Made by a program: the position numbers and the translations under genes
Shown here: in pieces, positions 8,156-17,354 of the stretch
How the letters are laid out: every line of letters starts with the position of its first letter
Position numbering within the stretch: the stretch's first letter is position 1
NCBI GenBank assembly: GCA_964622665.1
Contig: CAZUUO010000003.1
Coordinates: 1 to 45,448 of the forward strand
DNA length: 45,448 bases
Source: an uncultured Gammaproteobacteria bacterium
Lineage (GTDB): Bacteria > Patescibacteriota > Patescibacteriia > Magasanikbacterales > GCA-002688135
Reading direction: 5' to 3'
Notes under the pieces: model-generated
What the model was told of the DNA's origin: nothing
The model's database searches: none
Seen by the model: only the letters and a program-made list of their open reading frames with translations

Positions 8156-8694
8156 AATCTTGGAATTATTTTTTTGAGTGCACTGACGGCTCTATGCAAT
8201 GTTACTCGTGTATTGAGTAATGATTTTCCAGTTACTGTTGATATTTCTTGAAATGAGAGTTCGTTTAAATATCGAAGGACGATAATGTCGCGATATTCTT
8301 CTTTCAAGTTTTTCATTGCTTTTAAAAGAGTGTAGAGATCGGTAGCTGCTGACAATGTCTCGAGAGGTGTCTCTGAAACGAATGTCTGCTCATCAACAAA
8401 TTCAAGGGGAACTGTTGATTTTCTTGCGCGATAGAAATCGATGACACTGTTACGAGCAATTTTGAAAATAAGGGCAGTGAAGCTTCTTATTTCTGTTTTG
8501 CGTTCTCGCAAGTAACTCCATGCCCGTAAAAAGACATCTGATGTTAAATCTTGCGCGTCTGTAACTGAGCCAACTTTGAAGTATATGAAACGATATACGC
8601 GGGGCGCATGAATTTCATATAACTTAGCAAAGCTCTCGGGATCGAGTTCTTCTTGTGCCTTCCGTTCTAATTTTTCTTTATTGACCGTTTCCAC
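8152..8694 (-). CDS. ECF-type RNA polymerase sigma factor (sigma-70 regions 2 and 4)
   Basis: Region 2: RVYRFIYFKVGSVTDAQDLTSDVFLRAW. Region 4 HTH: LSFQEISTVTGKSLLNTRVTLHRAV. GTG start. Confidence 0.85.
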   Translation of the reverse strand: METVNKEKLERKAQEELDPESFAKLYEIHAPRVYRFIYFKVGSVTDAQDLTSDVFLRAWSYLRERKTEIRSFTALIFKIARNSVIDFYRARKSTVPLEFVDEQTFVSETPLETLSAATDLYTLLKAMKNLKEEYRDIIVLRYLNELSFQEISTVTGKSLLNTRVTLHRAVSALKKIIPRL

Positions 8695-8868
8695 ATGTTG
8701 AGACGTATGAGGTGTTACTTTTGTTACACTCTATACTAAATAAATGTAAAATTAGCACTTTTTTATTGACTAAAGTATATCGTTTTTAGGCTTTCCCGTC
8801 AATTCTCCCTTGTATAAATGTCCATGATAACCTATACTTTTATTGCAGCTATAACGTCAAATAACCCT

Positions 8869-9213
8869 ATGAATTCGCTCAATGAACAGCAATTTCAGGA
8901 TATTCCCCTTTCTATCTCAGAATGTGCCAAAATCTTTGGACTTTCCGAGAAAACCGTCCGAAGGGCCGTAAAAGATAGCGAAATACCGTATATGGTAGTA
9001 AAAGGCCGTTATCGTATTCTTTTTGCTGATATGCTTGGTTGGTCACAATTGAGACCCCGCTTACAGCATAGCCGTGATGAACGAGGTGTTGGACAGTATG
9101 TTGTTAAATGGCAAATACCTTCTAAACACTTACCCGTCAAGAAACAAACAACTAAAGAGAGCAGTCAACTTACATTTTTTGATAACACTAACCAGCAACT
9201 TGGTTTCTTCTAA
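8869..9213 (+). CDS. Excisionase/MerR-like helix-turn-helix DNA-binding protein
   Basis: ISECAKIFGLSEKTVRRAVKDSEIPYMVVKGRYRILFADMLGW is the excisionase-family HTH pattern. The start is moved to ATG 8869. The track start is 8818. Confidence 0.6.
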   Translation: MNSLNEQQFQDIPLSISECAKIFGLSEKTVRRAVKDSEIPYMVVKGRYRILFADMLGWSQLRPRLQHSRDERGVGQYVVKWQIPSKHLPVKKQTTKESSQLTFFDNTNQQLGFF

Positions 9214-9216
9214 GCA

Positions 9217-9248
9217 AAAGACGGGGCTTACTACCCCGTCTTTTTTTA
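9217..9248. terminator. Bidirectional rho-independent terminator between convergent genes
   Basis: AGACGGGG-cttacta-CCCCGTCT followed by TTTTTT, with an A-run upstream for the opposite strand. Confidence 0.75.
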
Positions 9249-9254
9249 TACTAC

Positions 9255-12056
9255 TTAATTATTTCCTGGCAATGATTTATCTACTGAGACATTCGTTGCT
9301 GTGTTTTTTGCGTTATAGGGATTAAAGGCACTCGATGAAGTGATATCTGATCCGGTCTTATAATTTACAAAGAATGAATCTGAAATATCTTCAACTTGCG
9401 CAGCCCATGCATAACCATACAAATCTCTTGCCACACTTTCACTTGCAATCCAACGGAGTAATCCATTACTGTCCACTGCGTATACTTTTGGATTATCAAT
9501 GAATTTTACCATCTTACTTCCAGGACGATAGGTGACGTTTCCACCCAGTGGGATGCTTGCTAATGTTGTATCAGCAACGGTAACTACCAACCCCCCTTTG
9601 TTTGTTGCCTTAAGATCAAGTGCTGTATACCAACTTAGAAACACTTTTTGATTTGGGAATGCATAGCGATACCCATTTCTGCCAATGTAGTAAACTGCTG
9701 AATTACCAGCACGCTTAATCAGCATGTGTGGATATACCCCACTTGGAAGTGAGCGAATATCGTTTGGACCCTGAGGATTTGTTGTTTCACTACCCATGGT
9801 GTCTTGTAACGTAATGGTCATGGTTGATACGTCAGTTACTGAACCATTGTCTGACGCAAACATATAGTAGACCGTTTTCAAACCATTACCTGGACTTAGT
9901 TGCCAGTACTTGATGTTTTCAAACCAATCCCATGTTGCATTTGCAAAATCACTGGTATTTGAAACCGCTACTCTGTTTGCCCCAGTTGTACCAAAATATA
10001 ATTGCACATTGCGGTAAATTGCTTTTGATTGTCCATCATTAATGCGCGCATAAGATACCAATGGTTTGTTGACTCCATTACTTACCAATTCAATAGAGTC
10101 ACACATGATACTTGATGTAGCGCCATTATTTGAGTTTCGGTAACGAACACACACATTCTGTAAACCTAATTTTGGTCGTAGGGTGTAGGTTCGTGTTGCG
10201 TAATATTGTTGATATGCACCAGCATCAGAAAGATCTGTGTTTGAACCAATCTGAAACTGATCAGCATTATTCGCAACCGTATCAAGTGTTACATAAATTG
10301 ATGATGCTGTTTGAGCGCCGCCATTGATAATAATGTTACCCGTTGGTGTGCCACTCACAATTGATCCATCAAGAGCTATAGTACCACTCACTACTTGTGA
10401 TAATTTTCCATCATTATTTTTGAATTGCACATACACTCGTTTTGAACCATTTCCGGCAAGCAAATTCCATTGTTTTGAGCTTGCGTATGATTCCCAATAC
10501 GCATCTTTAAAATCACTATAATTTGAAATTGCCATTTGGGTTGCGTTGATTGCACCCAATTGCAAAGTCACTGATTGATTATTTGTTGTTGCGTTACCAC
10601 TATTAATATTAATGTAGGGATTATAGGGTGCTCCATTTACCCCTAGTAATACATTGATAGTATCGCAAGCTACTGGTGAAATTTTTCCTGTTTGTGTGTT
10701 GCGTACTCGCGCACAAACCGTTGCGTATCCATTATTTGGTAACAATGAAATTGACTTTGTACCCCCGATTGCTTCATAACCACTTGCATTGAGCATCTCG
10801 CTATTTTGTGCAAATTGAATTTGATCACCATTGCTGCTATATACTGAAACCGAAACATCAGCTGAATATGTTTCAATAGCGCCACCAGCAATTAAGAGAG
10901 TAACCTGTGGGTCATTTGAACTTGGTGTTCCTTGGGTATAGTAACCAAAAGTGTAATGTGTTCCACTATTTCCTGATAAATACTCGCCAGTTACTGCACG
11001 CGCCGTTACATCGACATTATAGTATTGGCCGTATGTTTGATTGCTTGGATTTATTGTTACAACAGTGTTTCCTTGTGACCAAGAAGTGCTGTATGACACG
11101 TTTGGTGAAATAGAAAATGCGAATGAAGCAACATCAATTGGTTGTGTAAATGTCAAAACAATCGGTGCATTTAAACTGACTGTTGCATTACCCGCAATTG
11201 AACTACTCACGGTGGGGACGCCACCCACGTCAGTGAAGGTTGCATTATATTGTGCGTCCACTGAATTACCAACACTATCCTTGATAGCTGCTCCAGAACG
11301 AGCAAGTACTTGCCACTGTGCGCCACCTAATCCTGATACATTTGATTGATCAATATTGAATAGCAACTCAGAAGATAAAAATCCTGAGCCCACTTGGCTT
11401 GCTACTGATGACAAAGTAATAGTACGTACTACACCACTTGTTGTTGTTGCATACACCAATAAATCTTGATTTGCGGTGCTTGCGCTCGCATACACCGGCT
11501 CATTAAATGTCACCCCCAATTGTGTTGGTACATTACCAGACTTAATAAGACGTGCGCTATTTATACGTGGCGCTGTGGTATCAATTTTAAAATAATCACC
11601 ATACTGACTTTGTCCGTCATTAATATTACTGTACACGCGTGCTGTACCTTCTGAAGTCTTGTTGTTTACGAGGGCACTTATATTAGTGATGGTAATGTTT
11701 TGACCCAAAACACAGCTTTTCTTTACTGTGAAGCGTAATTCTTTTTGCCCGTAAATTTCAACTCGAGGAGGATATAGTAGTGTGGTGTCTGAAATAACCG
11801 TATTTGCCGTTGTTCTATCATCAAAAATCAAACCATTTCCTGCCTGGTTAATACCAACTACTAACGAATCCCCTTCTTTTATTTCACCCGCTGTATTGCA
11901 GCGGAAATTTATCTGAGGAATATCAATTCTACTAGTATTTCCTTTTACATCTCCCACCGCTCCAACTGAAAAGCTGAAAGCAGATGCACTAGAAACTCCG
12001 CTTAACAATGTTACTAACACGAGAGAAACTGTCCCTAATAGATGTTTCGTATTCAT
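9255..12056 (-). CDS. Large secreted surface protein (933 aa) with Ig-like region, four tandem modules and a C-terminal shared domain
   Basis: Signal peptide MNTKHLLGTVSLVLVTLLSGVSSASA, with ATG at 12056. A DTTAPRI segment is typical of SbsA/Big-type Ig-like domains. The C-terminal 129 aa are homologous to the N-terminal domain of the 3087..6821 protein. Confidence 0.8.
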   Translation of the reverse strand: MNTKHLLGTVSLVLVTLLSGVSSASAFSFSVGAVGDVKGNTSRIDIPQINFRCNTAGEIKEGDSLVVGINQAGNGLIFDDRTTANTVISDTTLLYPPRVEIYGQKELRFTVKKSCVLGQNITITNISALVNNKTSEGTARVYSNINDGQSQYGDYFKIDTTAPRINSARLIKSGNVPTQLGVTFNEPVYASASTANQDLLVYATTTSGVVRTITLSSVASQVGSGFLSSELLFNIDQSNVSGLGGAQWQVLARSGAAIKDSVGNSVDAQYNATFTDVGGVPTVSSSIAGNATVSLNAPIVLTFTQPIDVASFAFSISPNVSYSTSWSQGNTVVTINPSNQTYGQYYNVDVTARAVTGEYLSGNSGTHYTFGYYTQGTPSSNDPQVTLLIAGGAIETYSADVSVSVYSSNGDQIQFAQNSEMLNASGYEAIGGTKSISLLPNNGYATVCARVRNTQTGKISPVACDTINVLLGVNGAPYNPYININSGNATTNNQSVTLQLGAINATQMAISNYSDFKDAYWESYASSKQWNLLAGNGSKRVYVQFKNNDGKLSQVVSGTIALDGSIVSGTPTGNIIINGGAQTASSIYVTLDTVANNADQFQIGSNTDLSDAGAYQQYYATRTYTLRPKLGLQNVCVRYRNSNNGATSSIMCDSIELVSNGVNKPLVSYARINDGQSKAIYRNVQLYFGTTGANRVAVSNTSDFANATWDWFENIKYWQLSPGNGLKTVYYMFASDNGSVTDVSTMTITLQDTMGSETTNPQGPNDIRSLPSGVYPHMLIKRAGNSAVYYIGRNGYRYAFPNQKVFLSWYTALDLKATNKGGLVVTVADTTLASIPLGGNVTYRPGSKMVKFIDNPKVYAVDSNGLLRWIASESVARDLYGYAWAAQVEDISDSFFVNYKTGSDITSSSAFNPYNAKNTATNVSVDKSLPGNN
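9804..10913 (-). repeat. Four tandem protein modules of about 90 aa inside the 933-aa surface protein
   Basis: Each module follows the same pattern: I-N-x-G-x4-T-x4-V-x-L, then S-N/D-F/L, then W/Y-x-Y, then L-x4-G-x-K/Q-x-V-x3-F/R-x-N/D-x-G. Example segments: YININSGNATTNNQSVTLQL...KRVYVQFKNNDGKLS and YARINDGQSKAIYRNVQLYF...KTVYYMFASDNGSVT. Confidence 0.6.
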
Positions 12057-12093
12057 ATGATACAAGCCTACCACACTATACTAATTAATAAAA

Positions 12094-12852
12094 TTATTTT
12101 TTTGTTTCTTTATCCACCAATTCACTCTCCCATGCCATCTCAAATACTGCGCGCATGGTTTGTGCTAATTCCTCACTTTCAATAAGCACACCAATCACTT
12201 TTCCTCGAAATGTCATCAGGGCAACTCTATTTTCATAAATAAGCACGTCGCCTGAAAATTGGATTTCTTTACTTTTAATAATTTTTAACTGTGCACTTTT
12301 ACGAGGTTGAATTTTGGGATCTTGTGAAGAGTAAATTGCTTTTCCTTGAATCCCTCGCGAACTGAGCTCGGCTTTAAACGATGCCAACTCTTGGTCACTA
12401 AACATTGTTTTGACTGCATCAACATTTGCAATCTCGTATATTTTCTTAGATTTTGAATTGATTAAATCTTGTAAAATAGTTTGAAAACCTTCTTTACCTT
12501 CAAACATTTTTACAACGGGTCTATCCCCTTTTTGTAGTAAATGGAGTTCAGCAATCGTATCTTCCATTTCTTTCACGCTTTGCTGCATTGATTTCATGCG
12601 ACGTTGCATGAAGAGACGCAGCTGTTCAGGAGATTCCGCACTATACAATGTTTTCTTTCCTTTTTCTACCGTGCTCATCAACCCTTCTTTAGTAAGGTTT
12701 TCGATAATAGTGTACGCTGTCATGCGCGAAACATTTATTTTCTTTGCTAAATCGATTACCGATGATGGACCAATTTCCAAAGAAGCTGCATATAATTTTG
12801 ATGTTGAGTCTGTAAACCCAAACATCTTAAATAGTTGTTCCCAAGATTTCAT
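12094..12852 (-). CDS. TrmB-family transcriptional regulator
   Basis: N-terminal winged HTH: LYAASLEIGPSSVIDLAKKINVSRMTAYTIIENLTKEGLMSTVEKGKKTLY. C-terminal TrmB-like sensor region. Confidence 0.7.
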   Translation of the reverse strand: MKSWEQLFKMFGFTDSTSKLYAASLEIGPSSVIDLAKKINVSRMTAYTIIENLTKEGLMSTVEKGKKTLYSAESPEQLRLFMQRRMKSMQQSVKEMEDTIAELHLLQKGDRPVVKMFEGKEGFQTILQDLINSKSKKIYEIANVDAVKTMFSDQELASFKAELSSRGIQGKAIYSSQDPKIQPRKSAQLKIIKSKEIQFSGDVLIYENRVALMTFRGKVIGVLIESEELAQTMRAVFEMAWESELVDKETKK

Positions 12853-12873
12853 ATGTCATCAGTATATCACAGC

Positions 12874-14112
12874 CTACAGGCTCTTCAAATGGATTGTTTG
12901 CTCATAGAGCTTAATAATACGCGGAATTATTTTGTCCGTATGATATTTTACTTCCGCCGCTAAGCGTGCGTTATTGCCCATCATTCTATTGGCGTCATTT
13001 TGTGCTTTTTGTATTGCAGAAACGTACTCATGAGTTTCAAAATTTTTACAGATGAACCCGGTGTGCCCCTCTTCAATCATTTCTGGAATTCCTCCATTGT
13101 TACTTCCTACAACAGGTAACGAACGCATATAACTTTCAAGAACAACATTAGGGAAATTGTCGAGCAATCGTGAAGGAACGAGAGTCACACAACATGTTTT
13201 TGCAATCTCATCAATTTCATCTTGTGATTTGATGCCATGCACTATAACATTTTTTGTGCGAGTCATTGCAATTTCTTGAGCTATTTTTTCTTTTTCAGTT
13301 CCTCCACCCACCAGGTGAAATATGGTATGCGGCATCGCGCGCGCACACGACAACACCACATCTACCCCTTTTTGATATGAAATACCGCCTACAAATAGGA
13401 CATCGTTTCCTTTACTAGTTATTTTTTTTCTATGCAATACCCAATTTGGAATTACCGTGATATTATTCTCATCTTTTCCCCAATCAACCATTTCTTTTTT
13501 CATGAAATTGCTTGGTGCTATATACGCATCAAAACTATCATACCAACCAAATAATTTTTGAAGATACATTTCAGCAGTTACCACCGATGAAGCGACACGA
13601 GAATTAAATATGCATTTGTTTTTAATTGCTTCGCCAAATCCACCCGTCTTACATTTTCTACAAATTGAATTATTCACATACAAGGCGTGATTAGGACAAA
13701 TGCGTTTGTAATCATGAAGTGTTTGAATAGTTGGTACCCCATGAGCTCGAAGTACCGTTACAATTGATGGTGAAAGGTGATGATAGATATTATGGAGATG
13801 CACGATGTCTGGCTTAAAATCCGCCAGGAGTTTCTTTAGATTTTCTGCGGCATCTTTTGCGTAAATAATATTCTTCGCCTCGCACAATTTTTTCCACGTT
13901 TTTCCTTTCTCTTTAAAAGATGCTTTGTTATTATGTCTTTGAGACACGAAGTATTGTGTAAACCTTTTATCTATCACCACATTATCTTGGTGATGCATAC
14001 CAAAGTACCCCACTTCAATACCCTGTGATTCCAATAATTTCCCTAATTGTATTGCATGAATGTCAGCGCCGCCGTGGGGATACCAAAATTTATTTATGAG
14101 TAACACTTTCAT
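12874..14112 (-). CDS. Glycosyltransferase family 4 (GT-B fold)
   Basis: N-terminal KVLLINKFWYPHGGADIH and C-terminal ESYMRSLPVVGSNNGGIPEMIEEGHTGF (E-x7-E region). It also contains a Cys cluster: CPNH...CRKCKTGG...C. Confidence 0.85.
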   Translation of the reverse strand: MKVLLINKFWYPHGGADIHAIQLGKLLESQGIEVGYFGMHHQDNVVIDKRFTQYFVSQRHNNKASFKEKGKTWKKLCEAKNIIYAKDAAENLKKLLADFKPDIVHLHNIYHHLSPSIVTVLRAHGVPTIQTLHDYKRICPNHALYVNNSICRKCKTGGFGEAIKNKCIFNSRVASSVVTAEMYLQKLFGWYDSFDAYIAPSNFMKKEMVDWGKDENNITVIPNWVLHRKKITSKGNDVLFVGGISYQKGVDVVLSCARAMPHTIFHLVGGGTEKEKIAQEIAMTRTKNVIVHGIKSQDEIDEIAKTCCVTLVPSRLLDNFPNVVLESYMRSLPVVGSNNGGIPEMIEEGHTGFICKNFETHEYVSAIQKAQNDANRMMGNNARLAAEVKYHTDKIIPRIIKLYEQTIHLKSL

Positions 14113-14631
14113 ATGTCGCTTCCTATTTTGTTAATTATTCTTTTTTTAATTGTCATGTACCCTTTTGCGCGTGGCGCTCGTTCACTTGCTCCATGGGTTC
14201 CTACTAAACAATACGACGTAGCTCGTTTGTGTGATCTTCTTCATCTTACCAAATCCGACACCTTTATAGAACTCGGATGTGGGAATGGGCGTGTGTGTAA
14301 TGCTGTGGCACAAACATTTCCTGAGGCACAAATTATTGGTATTGAAATTGCCTGGCCTTTGGCATATATTGCACGATTTCGTGCACGTTCATTGCAAAAT
14401 TGTACTATTATGTGTGCTGACGCACTCACCCATTCATTATCTTCAGCAACGGTTATATATATTTTTGGCATGCCTCATGCGTTGGCGCATACCGTAACCC
14501 AAAAAATACTGACTGAATGTAAGAAAGGAACACGCATTATTTCCTACTCCTTTCGCTTTCACAAACTTCCTCTTGTTGCAACCCACAAACCAGAGGGAAT
14601 GTTGGCCCTCTATGAATACGTTATTTCTTAA
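14113..14631 (+). CDS. Class I SAM-dependent methyltransferase with N-terminal TM helix
   Basis: Motif I FIELGCGNGRV. It is the only plus-strand gene wedged between two minus-strand GT genes. Confidence 0.7.
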   Translation: MSLPILLIILFLIVMYPFARGARSLAPWVPTKQYDVARLCDLLHLTKSDTFIELGCGNGRVCNAVAQTFPEAQIIGIEIAWPLAYIARFRARSLQNCTIMCADALTHSLSSATVIYIFGMPHALAHTVTQKILTECKKGTRIISYSFRFHKLPLVATHKPEGMLALYEYVIS

Positions 14632-15820
14632 GACACACCAACATCTCCTGTTCCAATTCAACAACCGCATGCTCCCACGTATATTCACGTTTTACAAAAT
14701 CGCGTGCACGTCCACCAACACTCGCATCACTTATTTTTTCTTGTAAAAAATTTCGTATACCTTCTTCCATTCCATCAACACTTGCATCTTTAAATAAGAG
14801 GCTCTCATCAACTTGTTCTAGTAATTCTACCGTTGCCCCAATAGGTGTCCCCAGTACTGGCAATCCGCAGGACAATGCTTCAAGTGTTGCTATTCCCAAA
14901 CCCTCGTAAACCTGTGTTGATAGCACAAACACATCCGCAGCTTTATACCACATCGGTAAATCCAGTTCTCGTACTCTTCCAGTTAACAAGATTCTATCTT
15001 GCATCTCCTCTTCTTTTATTTTTCTTTGTAATTCACCGTACAGTGGACCTTCACCAACTAGATACAATCGTGCATCAGGAAAATCAGGTGCCACTCGCGC
15101 AAAACTTTCGACCAGCGGCAACAATCCCATACGAGGAACCAAACGACGAACCGTCAATAACATGGTGCAATCTTCAGGAACTCCTAAGCGTGACCGCATC
15201 AAGGCTTTTGAACGTGAAGGTGCATAGGTTGTTATATCAATCCCCGTGTGAATGCGAGCAACTTTCCCTACAACATTAGGATACAGTGATTCAACTAACC
15301 CTTTTGAGTACTCTGATAATACAACGATACGATCAGATTCCTCGAGGACTTCTTTTTCAATTTTTGCCATGCGACGCAAAAAAATTCCTTTCGCAAAATT
15401 CTTTATGAAACGATATTTCCCCGTCAATCCTTGAAATGAAACTTCTTTAGGAACTGAAGCATGAAATAAATATAGCAGTGGTATCTTGTGAATTAAGGGT
15501 AATGCGGCGAATGCAACTGTTGGCTGATGAGCGACGACGATATCAAACTTTTGGTTATGTAATATTTGCTCTAACACTTTCGGCAACAACCATAAGTCGG
15601 TCACACTTTGTCCTAAAAAAAATGGCCTGCCATTGCCGTAGCGTACCACCACAACTCCTTCAATAGTTTCTTGTTGTGGTAATTCTTTTTTTAACCGTGG
15701 GGCAATTACTGTTACCTGGTGACCTCGTTGCACCAAGTGTTTTGCTTGATCAAACGCAACGCGCGCACTACCACCAACTGAATCAGGAAAAAATTGTTGA
15801 GCTAATACAAGAATGTTCAT
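14621..15820 (-). CDS. Glycosyltransferase family 4
   Basis: NILVLAQQFFPDSVGGSARV plus C-terminal YEGLGIATLEALSCGLPVLGTPIGATVELL. Confidence 0.85.
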   Translation of the reverse strand: MNILVLAQQFFPDSVGGSARVAFDQAKHLVQRGHQVTVIAPRLKKELPQQETIEGVVVVRYGNGRPFFLGQSVTDLWLLPKVLEQILHNQKFDIVVAHQPTVAFAALPLIHKIPLLYLFHASVPKEVSFQGLTGKYRFIKNFAKGIFLRRMAKIEKEVLEESDRIVVLSEYSKGLVESLYPNVVGKVARIHTGIDITTYAPSRSKALMRSRLGVPEDCTMLLTVRRLVPRMGLLPLVESFARVAPDFPDARLYLVGEGPLYGELQRKIKEEEMQDRILLTGRVRELDLPMWYKAADVFVLSTQVYEGLGIATLEALSCGLPVLGTPIGATVELLEQVDESLLFKDASVDGMEEGIRNFLQEKISDASVGGRARDFVKREYTWEHAVVELEQEMLVCLKK

Positions 15821-17226
15821 ATACGATTAAATTTCCAATTTCCATACCACACCACACACGCAAACCCCACCAAAAACCAGAGCTTTGGACTAAAATACGA
15901 CGTGTTGAACATTTGATACACAAAGGTTCCTGTCAACGCCAATACCGCAGTAGCCACCACATCTTTGTAAAAGCCCTCCATTTGTTTGCGATGGGTGAGC
16001 ACTAAATTACTCATGAGGTATCCAAAAAATAATACAAACAAGGCGAGCCCTACGATGCCAGTTTCAAAGAGGAGCTTTTGTATAAAACCATGAGCCTCCA
16101 CCCCACCACCGTACTCAATTTGAAAAACATAACTATTTGAAATGCTTGGTAAAAATGTACCAACACCATTGCCCAAAAATGGTGTTTTGGTGAATTGAAG
16201 TAATGAAATTTTTGTCAGATCAAGCCGTGTTGCTGTTGAGCTCGCCACCAAATCACTGGCCGAAAACACTCCCATATACACACTCATCCCTATGATCCCC
16301 ACAAGAAGCGGCCACCACTCAATAATGCGTTCACGAATATTGCGAGGTTGTAATAATCGATACATGAGAAAACCTTGTACTACTATGGCAATCCACGCCG
16401 TACGTGCAAACGTCAGCAGCGCCGTTGCCAGTATTGCAAATGTAGCAATCACCCACCATTTATGCGTTTGTCCTTGTGTCTGACGGGACATCAACCACGT
16501 AAACGGTGCACTGTATATTAAAATTTCAGCGAGCTGGTTATGATTTGGTCCAATAGGATAAAATTCGCCGAATGGAAACGGTGAAACGCGTCGCCACACT
16601 CCCCAAAAGGGTTCATTAATAAGCAACGATATCGCACCATACACCATAACCATAACACCCACACAACTTATTATTTTTACTATGGTTTCTATATCTTCTT
16701 TTGTCTTTGTCATCCAAAATGGCAATGCAACATATGCCAAATAGGAGAACAATACAAAGCGCACAAAATAATTCAATGATTGTCCAAACCACACGTCAGG
16801 TGCACGAAATACCGTTAAAAAAGCCAATAACAAAAATCCCCCATAAACAGTAATTCCCGGTAGATGCTCTTGAAGGTGATGTTGTAGTGTCTGCGCTTTT
16901 TCTTTTGCAAACATGCTGTAGCCATAGATGAGCAACAATGGTAATGCAATAAAATCAGAGAGTGGTGCATCCCAATTTCCTAAAATCGGAATACTTGCAA
17001 GGAGTGGAATTTCAGAAATAGTCACCGTAATACCAATAAACGGTATCAACGCGACTAGCATAAAAAAAACCGCTTTTGAAAAGCGAGTCATGGTTATTAA
17101 AACAAACAAAAGAAATAAAATGGGGATTGCAATATTTGCATGCAACAGTGAAACAGCCCCCGCTGTTATCGTTAAAATTATTGCAATAATTACCTGTGCA
17201 CCAGATTTCTGTTCTATACGTTCCAT
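15817..17226 (-). CDS. O-antigen ligase / O-oligosaccharyltransferase-like polytopic membrane protein (Wzy_C-like)
   Basis: More than 10 predicted TM segments with a larger loop in the C-terminal half. A 4-nt overlap links it to the GT4 gene. The family call rests on topology and context only. Confidence 0.5.
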   Translation of the reverse strand: MERIEQKSGAQVIIAIILTITAGAVSLLHANIAIPILFLLFVLITMTRFSKAVFFMLVALIPFIGITVTISEIPLLASIPILGNWDAPLSDFIALPLLLIYGYSMFAKEKAQTLQHHLQEHLPGITVYGGFLLLAFLTVFRAPDVWFGQSLNYFVRFVLFSYLAYVALPFWMTKTKEDIETIVKIISCVGVMVMVYGAISLLINEPFWGVWRRVSPFPFGEFYPIGPNHNQLAEILIYSAPFTWLMSRQTQGQTHKWWVIATFAILATALLTFARTAWIAIVVQGFLMYRLLQPRNIRERIIEWWPLLVGIIGMSVYMGVFSASDLVASSTATRLDLTKISLLQFTKTPFLGNGVGTFLPSISNSYVFQIEYGGGVEAHGFIQKLLFETGIVGLALFVLFFGYLMSNLVLTHRKQMEGFYKDVVATAVLALTGTFVYQMFNTSYFSPKLWFLVGFACVVWYGNWKFNRI

Positions 17227-17252
17227 ACAAGCTTAGTATACCAAATGACAAT

Positions 17253-17312
17253 TAAAAAACCGAGGTGTGCATGTGTACAAGCCGTAGCTTAGTTACACAC
17301 ACCCACTCTCGG
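17253..17312 (-). terminator. Long imperfect hairpin plus T-run after the Cys-rich lipoprotein gene
   Basis: The minus strand reads CCGAGAGTGGGTGTGTGTA...TACACATGCACACCTCGG followed by TTTTTT. Confidence 0.5.
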
Positions 17313-17354
17313 ATGTATTCTTATACTTCTTTTAATTTTTAGTTCAGCATTGTT

